The notes: generated from the letters alone by a model not told the origin. A stretch of 64,000 bases of DNA from Anaerotignaceae bacterium (GCA_050251415.1 JBFWMT010000001.1:15358-79357); one strand, 5' to 3'; counted from the stretch's first letter, positions 34,411 through 45,191 are shown. Program-made: numbers and translations.

Positions 34411-35184
34411 TTAAATATCGTCCCTATTTTTTTGTTGTTTAATAATATAGTCTACAATCTCGTCAGAAAACATCTTATCACTTTCCACCACTAATCCATT
34501 TTTATCACAAGCCAAAAACTGTTTAAGCTTATGTGGAAAAATGGCAATATCCGCCTCTTTAAGCATAGGTAAATCAAAATCACTATCTCCTGCGGCAAAA
34601 ATAATTTCTGGATTTTTAAGCTTTCTTATTCGTTGTAATGCTGTTCCCTTATTAAGTTTTTCTGGAAATATGTATACCTTACTTCCGTTGTTAAAAACAC
34701 TTACTACTGACAAATCCAAGCTAGTCTCTAGCATATTTCTTGTTGAAGGAACATCGTTGCTTTTCGTAAAAACGAACAGCCCATCAACCTTTCTCACCTC
34801 AAAATATGTATTTGCGTCATTTTCAAGTAGTTGCATTCCAAGGGCTAGTTGTTCTTGGGCATTTTCAATTATTACTAATGACTCATTATACCAATCTTCA
34901 TCAATTTTGTTGTTACGAAGCAATATCCCTCCGTTTGCCACTAATGCACATTCAACCCTCCATTTTTCACTAAAGCATATTCGTCTGTATTGTTCCAGCG
35001 ACCTTGTTGTAAGGGGAATAAACTCCATTTCATCTTTTATTTTCTCTAAAAGCATATGTGCTTTTGATGTCATAAAGGATAATTCCTTACCATCTTTTGT
35101 TTCCACCAAAACAATATCTTTTCCAATATTATGCTTATAGGAATAAATAAGTGTATTATCTAAGTCTGATAAAAATATTTTCAT
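34411..35184 (-). CDS. HAD-superfamily (IIB-like) phosphatase, Ter-associated biosynthetic module
   Basis: Motif I FLSDLDNTL and motif IV AAGDSDFDLPM. Last gene of the ter operon. Confidence 0.7.
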   Translation of the reverse strand: MKIFLSDLDNTLIYSYKHNIGKDIVLVETKDGKELSFMTSKAHMLLEKIKDEMEFIPLTTRSLEQYRRICFSEKWRVECALVANGGILLRNNKIDEDWYNESLVIIENAQEQLALGMQLLENDANTYFEVRKVDGLFVFTKSNDVPSTRNMLETSLDLSVVSVFNNGSKVYIFPEKLNKGTALQRIRKLKNPEIIFAAGDSDFDLPMLKEADIAIFPHKLKQFLACDKNGLVVESDKMFSDEIVDYIIKQQKNRDDI

Positions 35185-35247
35185 ACTATCTCCTTATAAA
35201 AAACAAGTTCCTAACCAATTATATGGCAGGAACTTGTGTGTTTAATT

Positions 35248-37905
35248 TTATTTTTTGCCTACAATTGCCTTACGGATAATATCTACAGGAATAATTGTAA
35301 ATGCAAGTAAAACAACTACAATCCATTCGTTTGCAACCAAACCGTAGCATCTAAGTATATCGCCGCCAAAATCTGTCATAATTACCTGTACAACAATAAT
35401 AAGCAATATAACCTTCCAGAAGCCATGGTTTTTGCTGATATTGTCAAACAAATTAATTTTGTCAGTTCTTGCATTAAAGGCGTTAAATGCCGCAATAAAA
35501 ATATAGAAAGTAAAGTACCCAGTAAGCAAATACTTTGAAGTCTCGTCTCCTCTAAACCAGCTATTGCTAATGGGTGAAAGCAATAAGAAAAGGCTTAACG
35601 CAAATATCCATAAACTTCCTGTTAAAATGGAACTCATCATTTCCTTACTGATAATGCTTTCATCACGCTTTTTAGGCTTTTCACGCATAAAACGCTTTAA
35701 AGCCGGTTCGCCGCCAAATGCCAGTGCTGCCAGAGTGTCCATAACAAGGTTTACCCATAAAATCTGAATAATTGAAAGAGGACTCTCCATACCCAAAAGC
35801 GGTGCGGCAAAAGAAATAAGCACTGCACTTACATTGATTGTAAGCTGGAAAATAATAAATTTTCTTATGCTGTTAAAAATAGTTCTGCCATAAAGTATCG
35901 CTTTATCAATGGAGCTAAAGTTATCATCCATAATAACAATATCACTGGCTTCCTTAGCAACCTCTGTTCCACCACCCATTGCAAAGCCCACGTCAGCTTT
36001 CTTTAATGCAGGAGAATCGTTAACACCATCGCCTGTCATCCCTACTACCAAACCTTGTTCCTGTGCAAGCCTAACAAGTCTGCTTTTGTCACTTGGCAGC
36101 GCTCTGGAAACCACTCTTATGCTTTCAATTTTGCTCTTAATTTCGTCATCACTCATGGCGCCAAGTTCATCAGATGTAAGCACAATGTCGTTTTCGCCTT
36201 GAATAATTCCGGCTTCCTTGGCAATGGCAACCGCTGTATCCTTTCGGTCTCCTGTTATCATAACAACCTGAATGCCTGCATCCTGCACTTCTTTGATTGC
36301 AATAGCAGATTCAGGTCTTACCTCGTCACGTATACCTATTACGCCAACCAAAGTCCATTCCCCTTCTGGCAGTGCGTCATCTTTAATATGCTCTTTTGAA
36401 ACAGCCAACGCAAGAACACGTATTGCTCTTGCGGCAAGCTCGTTAATTCTCTCTTCAATGGCAACTTTATTTGTAAGGGCAACGGCATTACCGTTTTCAT
36501 CATAATATTTTGTACATTTTTCAATGATTTTTTCAGGTGCACCCTTAATTAATGTTAATTTTTGTTCTCCCTCAAGCTCTACCGAGGTAGCAGAATATTT
36601 ATTTGAGCTGTTAAATGGTATAGATGAAATTTGGGCAACATTTGTTGTTGAAGCATGGCGTGATTTTGCAGCATAAGATAAGACTGCTCTTTCTGTTGCG
36701 TTTCCGCCAATTATCTTCATTTCATTGCCCTGGCCTGAAACCACAGCATCACTGTTGTTTTGAATGCTCATGGAAAGTACTTTGCCAAGTTCACCTACAA
36801 CCTTATCGTAACTGTCATACATATCCGCTTTTCCATCCACAAAGATAACTGCTTCAAGCTGACCTTTTGTAATTGTTCCAGTTTTATCACTAAAAAGAAT
36901 ATTTAAACTGCCTGCGGTTTCTATACCAGATATTTTTCTTACAAGCACGTTATCTTTAAGCATTTTGCCCATGTTAAGTGCGGATACAAGGGCTATCATA
37001 AGGGGTAAACCCTCTGGCACAGCCATTACAATAATAATAACCGCCAGCATAACCGCCTCTACAAGGTCGTTAACTATAGTCATCCAGTTAGAGCAATACG
37101 CCGCTATCTGCACCATATCAAAGCCATTGTGTATTACAATGCGCTGAAACAAAAATGCAATGGCAATTGCAACGCCACCAATATAGCCAAACTTGCTTAT
37201 TCCGCCCGCAAGACTACTAAGCTTTACCTTTAACGGTGAATCTCTTTCATCCTCGCATTGTAACTCGCTGGCTATCTGCCCGTAAACTGATTTATCACCT
37301 ACGGTAGAAACCTGCATAATTGCGTTCCCACCACATACAACCGAACCCCTAAACACCTTGTAGTTATTCAAAAAATCCATGGAAGAGTTCTGGTCAATAT
37401 AATCATCCGGCATAACACTTTTGCTTGCCTCTTTGCTTTCGCCGTTAAGCACAGACTGGTCAACCTTAATGTTGCCGTCAACAATAATACCGTCTGCCGG
37501 AATTTTATCTCCCAACTGCAAAAGAATGCAGTCATCAACTACAATATCATTTATTGGAATTTCAGCAATGTCTCCGTTCCTATACACCTTGCAGTATATT
37601 CTTGATGCTTCCTCTTGAAGCTTTTGGAAAGCATTTTCATTTCGATATTCAGAAAAAGTTGAAACAAATGTTGCTAAAATTACCGCAACGGCAATTCCTA
37701 GAGACTCATACCATTCCGTTTGGCCAAGGAATGCAAATATTATATTAATTATAAGTGCCACACACAAAATTTTTATCATCGGGTCGCCAAAGTTACCCAA
37801 TAGTTTGCTCCAAAAACTCTCTGTTTCATGCTCCGTAAGGCAATTATCCCCGTATTTTTCTTTTGATGCCTGTACCTGTGCATCTGTCAATCCAAAATTT
37901 TTCAT
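35248..37905 (-). CDS. Calcium-translocating P-type ATPase (PMCA/SERCA-like, P2 type)
   Basis: DKTGTIT phosphorylation site, TGES-like LNGES, MITGDRKDTA, TGDGVNDSPALKKADVG, about 10 TM segments, and PEGLP in M4. Confidence 0.85.
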   Translation of the reverse strand: MKNFGLTDAQVQASKEKYGDNCLTEHETESFWSKLLGNFGDPMIKILCVALIINIIFAFLGQTEWYESLGIAVAVILATFVSTFSEYRNENAFQKLQEEASRIYCKVYRNGDIAEIPINDIVVDDCILLQLGDKIPADGIIVDGNIKVDQSVLNGESKEASKSVMPDDYIDQNSSMDFLNNYKVFRGSVVCGGNAIMQVSTVGDKSVYGQIASELQCEDERDSPLKVKLSSLAGGISKFGYIGGVAIAIAFLFQRIVIHNGFDMVQIAAYCSNWMTIVNDLVEAVMLAVIIIVMAVPEGLPLMIALVSALNMGKMLKDNVLVRKISGIETAGSLNILFSDKTGTITKGQLEAVIFVDGKADMYDSYDKVVGELGKVLSMSIQNNSDAVVSGQGNEMKIIGGNATERAVLSYAAKSRHASTTNVAQISSIPFNSSNKYSATSVELEGEQKLTLIKGAPEKIIEKCTKYYDENGNAVALTNKVAIEERINELAARAIRVLALAVSKEHIKDDALPEGEWTLVGVIGIRDEVRPESAIAIKEVQDAGIQVVMITGDRKDTAVAIAKEAGIIQGENDIVLTSDELGAMSDDEIKSKIESIRVVSRALPSDKSRLVRLAQEQGLVVGMTGDGVNDSPALKKADVGFAMGGGTEVAKEASDIVIMDDNFSSIDKAILYGRTIFNSIRKFIIFQLTINVSAVLISFAAPLLGMESPLSIIQILWVNLVMDTLAALAFGGEPALKRFMREKPKKRDESIISKEMMSSILTGSLWIFALSLFLLLSPISNSWFRGDETSKYLLTGYFTFYIFIAAFNAFNARTDKINLFDNISKNHGFWKVILLIIVVQVIMTDFGGDILRCYGLVANEWIVVVLLAFTIIPVDIIRKAIVGKK

Positions 37906-37986
37906 ACATACTCCTCTTAATTAAAACAGCAATACCGTTATGGGCAAGGTTTAAAACCAAGCCCATTCGGTTGCCGTTTATACTGT

Positions 37987-38589
37987 TTATTGGTATCTTG
38001 CTGCAAGCTGACCAATTCCTATATCAGTTGTACCTTGACCAATAGCGTTAAATTTCCACTCGCCATTATGTTTATATATTTCGCCAAAAATCATAGCTGT
38101 CATGCCACTGTAGTTTTCTGTTAAATTGTACTTTAATAACTCAGTGTTATTTCTTGCATCAACTAAACGGCAAAATGCATTGCCAATCATACCAAAATGC
38201 TGTTTTCTCTTATCTGCCTGATAAATATTAACAACAATTATAACCTTGTCATACTGTGATGGAATATTAGCCAAGTCAACTACAATCTGCTCATCATCAC
38301 CGTCACCAGCGCCTGTTAAATTGTCGCCCATATGTATAACGGTGTCACTTTTGTGTCTTAAATTTCCAAAATAAACGATATCCTCTTTCCCTGTAAACTT
38401 TCCGTCCTTTAACAGTATTGCAGACGCATCACAGTCAACATCTGCCTGCTTAGAACCAAAAAGGCCTGAAAGCATACCACCACCTGATTGCTTAACCTCA
38501 TCCCAGCCAAGACCAACTATAACACGGCTTAAACCTGCATTTTCTTTTGTTAAACTAACCTTCTGTCCTTTTTGTAAGCTAATAGACAT
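37987..38589 (-). CDS. terD: TerD-family stress protein (paralogue 3)
   Basis: [13 protein letters not shown]..., [15 protein letters not shown] and [11 protein letters not shown]. Confidence 0.9.
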   Translation of the reverse strand: MSISLQKGQKVSLTKENAGLSRVIVGLGWDEVKQSGGGMLSGLFGSKQADVDCDASAILLKDGKFTGKEDIVYFGNLRHKSDTVIHMGDNLTGAGDGDDEQIVVDLANIPSQYDKVIIVVNIYQADKRKQHFGMIGNAFCRLVDARNNTELLKYNLTENYSGMTAMIFGEIYKHNGEWKFNAIGQGTTDIGIGQLAARYQ

Positions 38590-38606
38590 TACGCCTCGTC
38601 CTCTCT

Positions 38607-39188
38607 TTAGTCGGTTTCAACACCATAATTTGCACAAAGTGCGGCTAACCCGCCTTGGTACCCACTGCCAATGGCGTTAAATTTCCACTCTCCGTTGCTT
38701 TTGTAAAGCTCGCCAAATACAGCCGCAGTTTCAATAGAAAAATCCTCGCCAAGGTCGTACCTTACAAGTTCTTCTCCCTTTGCTTCGTCAACAATACGAA
38801 CAAATGCATTGGAAATCTGTCCAAAATTTTGTCTGCGTGTTTCAGCATCGTAAATAGTGACTGCAAAAACTATTTTTTCAATGTTATCTGGCACCTTTGA
38901 TAAATCAATTTTAATCTGCTCGTCATCGCCATCGCCTGCACCTGTAAGGTTATCCCCTAAATGCTGTACCGAACCACTTGGATGCACTAAATTACCGAAA
39001 AACACAAAATCTTCAGGCTTGCTTACCTTGCCATTTTCTGTAATTAAGAAAGCTGCAGAGTCCAAGTCGAAACTTCCGCCTGTATCAAAACGATTAATGT
39101 CCCAGCCTATACCAACAACCAATTTTTGTAATCCTGGATTTCCTTTAGTTAAACTAACTTTTTGACCCTTTTGTAAACTAATCGGCAT
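38607..39188 (-). CDS. terD: TerD-family stress protein (paralogue 2)
   Basis: [13 protein letters not shown]..., [15 protein letters not shown] and [11 protein letters not shown]. Confidence 0.9.
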   Translation of the reverse strand: MPISLQKGQKVSLTKGNPGLQKLVVGIGWDINRFDTGGSFDLDSAAFLITENGKVSKPEDFVFFGNLVHPSGSVQHLGDNLTGAGDGDDEQIKIDLSKVPDNIEKIVFAVTIYDAETRRQNFGQISNAFVRIVDEAKGEELVRYDLGEDFSIETAAVFGELYKSNGEWKFNAIGSGYQGGLAALCANYGVETD

Positions 39189-39214
39189 TTTTTATCCCAC
39201 CTATCTCAAATTTT

Positions 39215-39796
39215 TTAACCTACATTTACGCCATAATTTCTGCATAATGCCGCAAGTCCGCCTTGGAAACCACTGCCAATAGCATTAAATTTCCACTCTG
39301 TGCCATGCTTATATAATTCACCAACAACTACCGCTGTTTCAATTGAGAAATCTTCCCCCAAATCGTACCTTATAAGCTCTGTGTTTGTTGATTCATCCAT
39401 AATACGAATATATGCGTTAGAAACCTGACCAAAATTCTGTCTTCGAACTTCTGCATCATAAATAGTTACAGTGAATGCAATTTTAGTTATGTTTGCAGGA
39501 ACTTTTGCAAGCTCAACCATTATCTGTTCATCATCCCCGTCGCCCTCGCCTGTAAGGTTGTCCCCCATTTGAACTACTGCTTCGCTGTTATGTTTCAAAT
39601 TGCCATAGAAAACAAAGTCTGTATCAATTCCAACCTTTCCACTATCGGTAATCAAAAAAGCTGCTGCATCAAGGTCAAAATCTGCTCCGCCGTCATATTT
39701 GTTTGTATCCCAGCCAAGGCCAACCATCAATTTCTTTAATCCTGGGTTTCCTTTAGTTAAATCCACTTTCTGTCCTTTTTGTAAGTTAATAGGCAT
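39215..39796 (-). CDS. terD: TerD-family stress protein (paralogue 1)
   Basis: [13 protein letters not shown]..., [15 protein letters not shown]. Start trimmed to ATG 39796, 7 nt after GGAGGG. Confidence 0.9.
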   Translation of the reverse strand: MPINLQKGQKVDLTKGNPGLKKLMVGLGWDTNKYDGGADFDLDAAAFLITDSGKVGIDTDFVFYGNLKHNSEAVVQMGDNLTGEGDGDDEQIMVELAKVPANITKIAFTVTIYDAEVRRQNFGQVSNAYIRIMDESTNTELIRYDLGEDFSIETAVVVGELYKHGTEWKFNAIGSGFQGGLAALCRNYGVNVG

Positions 39797-39839
39797 ATTA
39801 TTTCCCTCCATTTTGGTTTTTATAATAATTATTTACATT

Positions 39840-40985
39840 TTATCTTTTAGCTATACCATTTTCATTGTACAGCTTATCAAACTCTTGTTTAATTGCATTA
39901 AGTCTTAATTTATCATCTTCTCTTTGCTTCTTTGCATTTTCCTGTATCTGCTTAGTCTCTTCAATGCCGGTAACAATAGTTCTCCAAGTTGTTTCAAGGG
40001 TTTCTATCTTCACGGAACTTCCTGAAGCAAGCTGTGCCGTCATTTTAGACTGCAAAGCAGTGTTTTGAGCATTTTTAATCAACATTTCGTTAGTTTTTGC
40101 ATCAAGAGCCGCCATAGCTTCCGCCTGAACACGCTGCCTTTTAAGTAAAATTGCCTGTGATAACGCCTGTTTAAATATAGGTAATGTAATAATAAATGCG
40201 GAATTTATTTTACGCACAAGGTTAAGGTTACTAAACTGCATTGTTTTAATCATTGGGATTGACTGCAACGCAACATTTTCTGCAACACGTAAATCCTGCA
40301 CTCTAAGCTCCAACATTGTTTTTGCTTGCTCCAAACCACTTACTTCAAACTGAATTGAATTATCCCCTGTGGTTTCAAGTTCTGTTCTTCGCTGTTCAAT
40401 GTAGTTATCCAGCTCTCCAATGCCTTGTTCCCCTGCCAAAATATAGCTAACCAAAAGGTGGTAATATCTTACGTTTGTTTGAAACATTTCCTCAAGCTTA
40501 CGGTTAGACTGTTTTATTTCATCCTCATACTGCTTAAGCTTAACATATATTTTGTCTACTTCTTCGCCCATGGTATGATATTTAGCTAATATTTGATCTA
40601 GCTGTTTTTTCATATTACTAAAAAGTTTTTTAAATAAGCCAGGGTTTTCTTTTATTTCTTCTATATCAAACTTGTCCATAATTTTTCCAAGCATTACAAG
40701 CATTTCGCCAGAATCATTAATCTGGCTCATGTTCATACTGTTAAGAATAACGTCTGAGCATTTTGATATTTCCTCTGCCGCTTCCCCTCCAAAGGATACT
40801 ATTGTCTCAGGGTCGCTTACGCAAATTGTACTTACCAAGGCATCAACCTCTGCAGAGTTTACAAGCTGCGCAACCATTTGTTCTCTATCTGTCTTAATAT
40901 TGTAGTTATCTACTACCTCAACTTGATTTGAATCTGCCGTCGCTTCCTGTGTTGCAGATGCATTTTTGCTAAAATCTAATCCCAC
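39840..40985 (-). CDS. telA: TelA/YceH-like toxic-anion-resistance family protein
   Basis: 381 aa, long helical, with the TelA pattern (..FGGEAAEEISK.., ..YHLLVSYILAGEQ..). GTG start. Confidence 0.75.
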   Translation of the reverse strand: MGLDFSKNASATQEATADSNQVEVVDNYNIKTDREQMVAQLVNSAEVDALVSTICVSDPETIVSFGGEAAEEISKCSDVILNSMNMSQINDSGEMLVMLGKIMDKFDIEEIKENPGLFKKLFSNMKKQLDQILAKYHTMGEEVDKIYVKLKQYEDEIKQSNRKLEEMFQTNVRYYHLLVSYILAGEQGIGELDNYIEQRRTELETTGDNSIQFEVSGLEQAKTMLELRVQDLRVAENVALQSIPMIKTMQFSNLNLVRKINSAFIITLPIFKQALSQAILLKRQRVQAEAMAALDAKTNEMLIKNAQNTALQSKMTAQLASGSSVKIETLETTWRTIVTGIEETKQIQENAKKQREDDKLRLNAIKQEFDKLYNENGIAKR

Positions 40986-40987
40986 TT

Positions 40988-43243
40988 CTATCTTCCCCTC
41001 CTAAACAATTTACCAGCAATACTTTCTGCCTGTTTTTTTACTGATTTGAACTCGGGTACATTCAAATCGTATATATATTCACCTATTTGATGTTCAACAA
41101 ACAGTGAATTCTCAAAATATCTTTCTGCCCCTTGATAACCTGTTGGAATAAACATAGCAATGTCAAACCCAAGTATATTCAGGTATGCTACCAAAATGCT
41201 ATCCTCGATGGTGCACATACTTTCCGTTGTATTTATAATAATTACCTTTGGCACATCCTTGGTAAAGTCCATTTTCTGTATCAGTCTAAGCAAATGTTTG
41301 TCCAAATTAAGTGCAGTTGCAACTATTGTGTACTCTGCACCATTTGTAAATGTTCCTCTTATTATTCTACTGTCAATAAGTTCTTGCAGTTTGTCCAGCA
41401 TATAATCCTGCATATCCTCACGCATAAACGAATACTGGTAGGAAGGATGGCCTTTAATTTTCTGCGCTAAAAGCTTCCCATTTTTTAAAAATAAAGGTGC
41501 ATGTTGCTTAACTGGGTTAAAATCAGTTCCCTGAATATACGGAAAACTTTTTATAACAAAAGTGTCATCGTTAATCAAACTTGAAATTTCATTCCAATAA
41601 GCGTCCTTACCATTAGGCACACCACTGATTTTAGAAAAAATAACAGGCATCATCACCCTGTCATCAAGGGTTTCAAAGTTAGGTCTGTATTTAGCCTCCT
41701 GCGGCCACAAAATTTTAATTTCCTCATAGGTAGTTTGTAATGAAATTGGCATGGCTTTTATAAACTGCCTGTTTCTGTACACACCTGTATCTTGATACAG
41801 TATGGTGTCAAGTTCACGCTCTGCATTATATGCAACCGTTCCAAAACGCACGCTGCTAATTTCCGTTGGAAAATCCTCCTGCGGCAGAGAATTTTCAAAT
41901 TTTTTCTCATATAAAAACTTATCTGTAACACTGCATTGTGTTGCTAAATCGGGGCAAATTATAAGCACATCTACAGGCAGTTTTGCCATAAGACGTATAA
42001 AGTATGCTTCATTTACACCCTTGCAACCACCATAATGTACCAGTGTTGGTGTACTATGAACCTGCCAGCTTTCAAAAAGTTTAGGCACATACCTATTTAT
42101 CCAACAAAGAAAAATAACCGCCCTGTTGCTAAGCTTTTGCAATGACGTTTCCTTATCCTCTTCCATAATGCTTATAAAGGATAACCTTGCATATTTTTCG
42201 AGTTCCTTGTTTCGTTGGAAATTAATATTTTCCACCATATCTTTAAGCATTTGTGCTGTATTTAAATAATTTTTTCTCTTAATGCTTTGCACCTCAAGGG
42301 CATCTGGCATAGCAATACCATTTTCAATGATTACAACAACCCTGTTTTTACTTTCAAGCTTAAGCTTCCATTTTAAAAGTTCATTGTAATAGGTTGCCTT
42401 CTCCTCTGCACCCATAACCCTTGCAAACAGGTTATACAAAAATCTGCTGTCTGTTCCACGTTCGTTCTGGCTTTTAACAGAATCTGAAAATACGTCACCA
42501 AAAAGCCATGTATTTGTATTCACTGTTTTTTGTGGCTTTTCAACTTCAATTTTAGGTAGCGACTGTTCTTCATTTTTTCTTTGCTGCATTTGAGAAACAG
42601 AAAAGTTTGCCGGAAATCTGCTACCTTTAATATTAATCAAGGTGGAAATTTCTGATTTCGGGTCTAGCTTTAAGTATGCGCTATCCCCATCACATTGCAA
42701 CAAAAGTATGTCGCACCCGGCCCTAGATAAAATGCTTAAAACCTTTAACTCGTAAACGGATACAATTCCCTCGTACAATATTTTAGGAAACTTTTCCTTG
42801 CCAAGTTGATTTAATATACGCTCAAATTTATAATAAAACCAGCACATAAACTTTATGTAGGCATTTTTAAGCATATTCTCTGTTTTACCTTGCAGTTTCA
42901 TTTGGTCAAGTTCGTTATGCATTGCCTCTGCAATGCATCGCCTTTGCCCCGCATCAAGCCTTGGCAACCATTTTTTTATAGAATTTTCAAAAAAAAGCCT
43001 GTCCATCGTAAAATTTAAGCCCATAATTTCCTCATAATAGGAAAGCTGTCGCTCATCTGGGTTCGGTATCTTACCCTTTATATATAACCCATTCTTCACC
43101 ACTTCCTGCAAATATGTACGCAAGAAATTGTCAATTTCCTCATTAAACGTTACTAATCTGCAAAAATATGTCGCATTATTATTACGTAGTGCCCCATCTA
43201 CAAAGTATTCATCTGTTTTGTTCAATTCCGCACGCCCAAACAT
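40988..43243 (-). CDS. YceG-like protein (component of the Ter-associated biosynthetic module), function unknown
   Basis: 751 aa. Positioned between the rhomboid and TelA genes, as in the B. subtilis yceC-H arrangement. The family call is from synteny and memory of the YceG_bac family. Confidence 0.5.
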   Translation of the reverse strand: MFGRAELNKTDEYFVDGALRNNNATYFCRLVTFNEEIDNFLRTYLQEVVKNGLYIKGKIPNPDERQLSYYEEIMGLNFTMDRLFFENSIKKWLPRLDAGQRRCIAEAMHNELDQMKLQGKTENMLKNAYIKFMCWFYYKFERILNQLGKEKFPKILYEGIVSVYELKVLSILSRAGCDILLLQCDGDSAYLKLDPKSEISTLINIKGSRFPANFSVSQMQQRKNEEQSLPKIEVEKPQKTVNTNTWLFGDVFSDSVKSQNERGTDSRFLYNLFARVMGAEEKATYYNELLKWKLKLESKNRVVVIIENGIAMPDALEVQSIKRKNYLNTAQMLKDMVENINFQRNKELEKYARLSFISIMEEDKETSLQKLSNRAVIFLCWINRYVPKLFESWQVHSTPTLVHYGGCKGVNEAYFIRLMAKLPVDVLIICPDLATQCSVTDKFLYEKKFENSLPQEDFPTEISSVRFGTVAYNAERELDTILYQDTGVYRNRQFIKAMPISLQTTYEEIKILWPQEAKYRPNFETLDDRVMMPVIFSKISGVPNGKDAYWNEISSLINDDTFVIKSFPYIQGTDFNPVKQHAPLFLKNGKLLAQKIKGHPSYQYSFMREDMQDYMLDKLQELIDSRIIRGTFTNGAEYTIVATALNLDKHLLRLIQKMDFTKDVPKVIIINTTESMCTIEDSILVAYLNILGFDIAMFIPTGYQGAERYFENSLFVEHQIGEYIYDLNVPEFKSVKKQAESIAGKLFRRGR

Positions 43244-43263
43244 AGTTTTTTATTCTCACTTTC

Positions 43264-43842
43264 CTATATTTTTCTGCCAAAATTTCGGTTTAGTGCATAG
43301 CCAAACATACATCCAAGTATTCCACCAATCATATGTGATAAATTGGATATGTTGTCCTGAACGAATACACCGCTATAAAGCTGACCACCTATATATATTA
43401 TTGCCACAATAACAAAAGTAAGTGGTATTTTTCCGTTTTTCATACTTGTAATTGATGAAAGAAGTATAAGGGCAAACACCACACCACTTGCCCCAAGTAA
43501 CCCTGTTGAAAACATAATAACATTAACAATGCCTGTAATAATTGCTGTAAAAAATATTATAACTGCCATATTCCAACTGCCATATTTCTCCTCCAGCAAC
43601 GGGCCAACAAGCAAAATAAAAATTATATTTCCGCTAAAGTGACTCCAATTTGCATGACCAAAAACATGACATATAAGTCGTATGTAGAACAAAGGGTTTG
43701 TCATTGATGAACGGTATACGCTAAAAATCAGACTATTGCTTCTTCCGCCCGTAAATATATTCAGCGCATAGGCAATAAAAGAAATAATAACAAAGGTTAA
43801 AATTACAGGTGAATTAAAATGAAATTTACTGGTTATTTTCAT
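43264..43842 (-). CDS. Rhomboid-family intramembrane serine protease
   Basis: Six TM segments. HANWSHFSGN motif, catalytic GASG and a downstream His (SHMIGGILG). Confidence 0.75.
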   Translation of the reverse strand: MKITSKFHFNSPVILTFVIISFIAYALNIFTGGRSNSLIFSVYRSSMTNPLFYIRLICHVFGHANWSHFSGNIIFILLVGPLLEEKYGSWNMAVIIFFTAIITGIVNVIMFSTGLLGASGVVFALILLSSITSMKNGKIPLTFVIVAIIYIGGQLYSGVFVQDNISNLSHMIGGILGCMFGYALNRNFGRKI

Positions 43843-44101
43843 CTTTCATACCCCAATCATATCATAATTTATTGCAACTAAGAACCACTGATTTAATATA
43901 ATCAAAAAATCAATCCATATTTCCAAAATTAAAAAATCCTTTTTCCTATGTTTACATTATAACATATTACTGGCATTTGTCATCATTTATTGCCCTATTA
44001 TGACAATATTAAAAGATTCTTAAGCTTTTCTTTTTAACAATATTTATTGTATAATAGTATGTATAATTACTTAACAAATATTTTGTATCAATTTTTCAAA
44101 C

Positions 44102-44130
44102 TATACACCGATACAAAAAAATGGTATAAT
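44102..44130 (+). promoter_or_regulatory. Putative extended -10 promoter of the C-C lyase/PRTase operon
   Basis: TATACA (44102-44107), 17 nt, TGgTATAAT (44122-44130). The inverted repeat TTGTATC (44083-44089) / GATACAA (44110-44116) overlaps the spacer. Confidence 0.45.
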
Positions 44131-44165
44131 ATTAAGATTACACTAAACTTGAAGGGTGACTATAG

Positions 44166-45191
44166 ATGTATAATATTTCGGCTGAATTTAATAAAAAACA
44201 CCACTGTTCCCATATTATAAACTCAGAAAATGCTGCACCCTATACCGTTGGTGCACTGTTATATTGCCCAGCTTTAAACATAAAAGTAATAGATATGCTG
44301 CTACACAAATCTGTAGCGCACCCCTTTTCATTGGCACTTTGCCTTGAGGATTCTATCAGCGACAGTGCAGTGTGTGCAGCAGAAGAGCAAATTGTGCATA
44401 CATTTAGAAAAATTTTTCAGTTATTGGCAAGTGAGCAACTTATAAAATCTGCGCTTCCACAAATTTTTATTCGTGTACGCAGTGCGGCTCAAGCAATAAC
44501 TCTTTTTAACAAAATAAAACCTTATCAAAGCCTTTTATCTGGGTTCATACTGCCAAAATATTCTTTAAACTGTGCTGCGGAATACAACAAAAGCATTTTG
44601 GAAATAAACAGTATGGCTAATAAAAAGATATATATGTTACCCATTATAGAAAGCAGTGACGTGATAAACCTTAGCACCAGACACAAAACACTTACTCGTA
44701 TTAAAAACCATGTAGATACCATGGCGGATTATGTTTTAAATGTACGAATTGGCGGCAATGACTTTTGCAAACATTTCGGCATACGCCGTAGTTTCGATGA
44801 AACCATTTATGATATATTACCAATAAGTAATATTTTAAGTGATATACTAACTGTATTTTCTATGGATTACGTAGTTTCTGGACCTGTGTGGGAGTATTTT
44901 GACAGCCCTAATGGTGAGTGGTCAGATGGATTAAAAAGAGAAATAAAACGGGACAAGCTTAATGGGTTCATTGGCAAAACTGTGATTCACCCAAACCAAA
45001 TTGAAATTGTAAACAATTGCCTTAAAGTAGAAAAATCAGATTTTGAAGATGCTATCAGCATACTTAACTTTAAAAGTGACCATCTTTTGGTTGCAAAAAG
45101 CAATGACGGTAAACGTATGAACGAGATTAAAACCCACACTAAGTGGGCACAAAAAACTGTTGTATTAGCGAACATTTACGGAGTAAAATAA
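44166..45191 (+). CDS. HpcH/HpaI/CitE-like TIM-barrel C-C bond lyase (Ter-associated)
   Basis: CLEDS (metal Glu), IIESS, GGNDF and KTVIHPNQIEIVN motifs. Confidence 0.65.
   Translation: MYNISAEFNKKHHCSHIINSENAAPYTVGALLYCPALNIKVIDMLLHKSVAHPFSLALCLEDSISDSAVCAAEEQIVHTFRKIFQLLASEQLIKSALPQIFIRVRSAAQAITLFNKIKPYQSLLSGFILPKYSLNCAAEYNKSILEINSMANKKIYMLPIIESSDVINLSTRHKTLTRIKNHVDTMADYVLNVRIGGNDFCKHFGIRRSFDETIYDILPISNILSDILTVFSMDYVVSGPVWEYFDSPNGEWSDGLKREIKRDKLNGFIGKTVIHPNQIEIVNNCLKVEKSDFEDAISILNFKSDHLLVAKSNDGKRMNEIKTHTKWAQKTVVLANIYGVK

Noticed and set aside
37987-39811. Calling the TerD triad a tellurite-resistance determinant.
   Set aside because: The family name is historical. The sequence supports only TerD-domain Ca2+-binding stress proteins. 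No resistance phenotype can be inferred.
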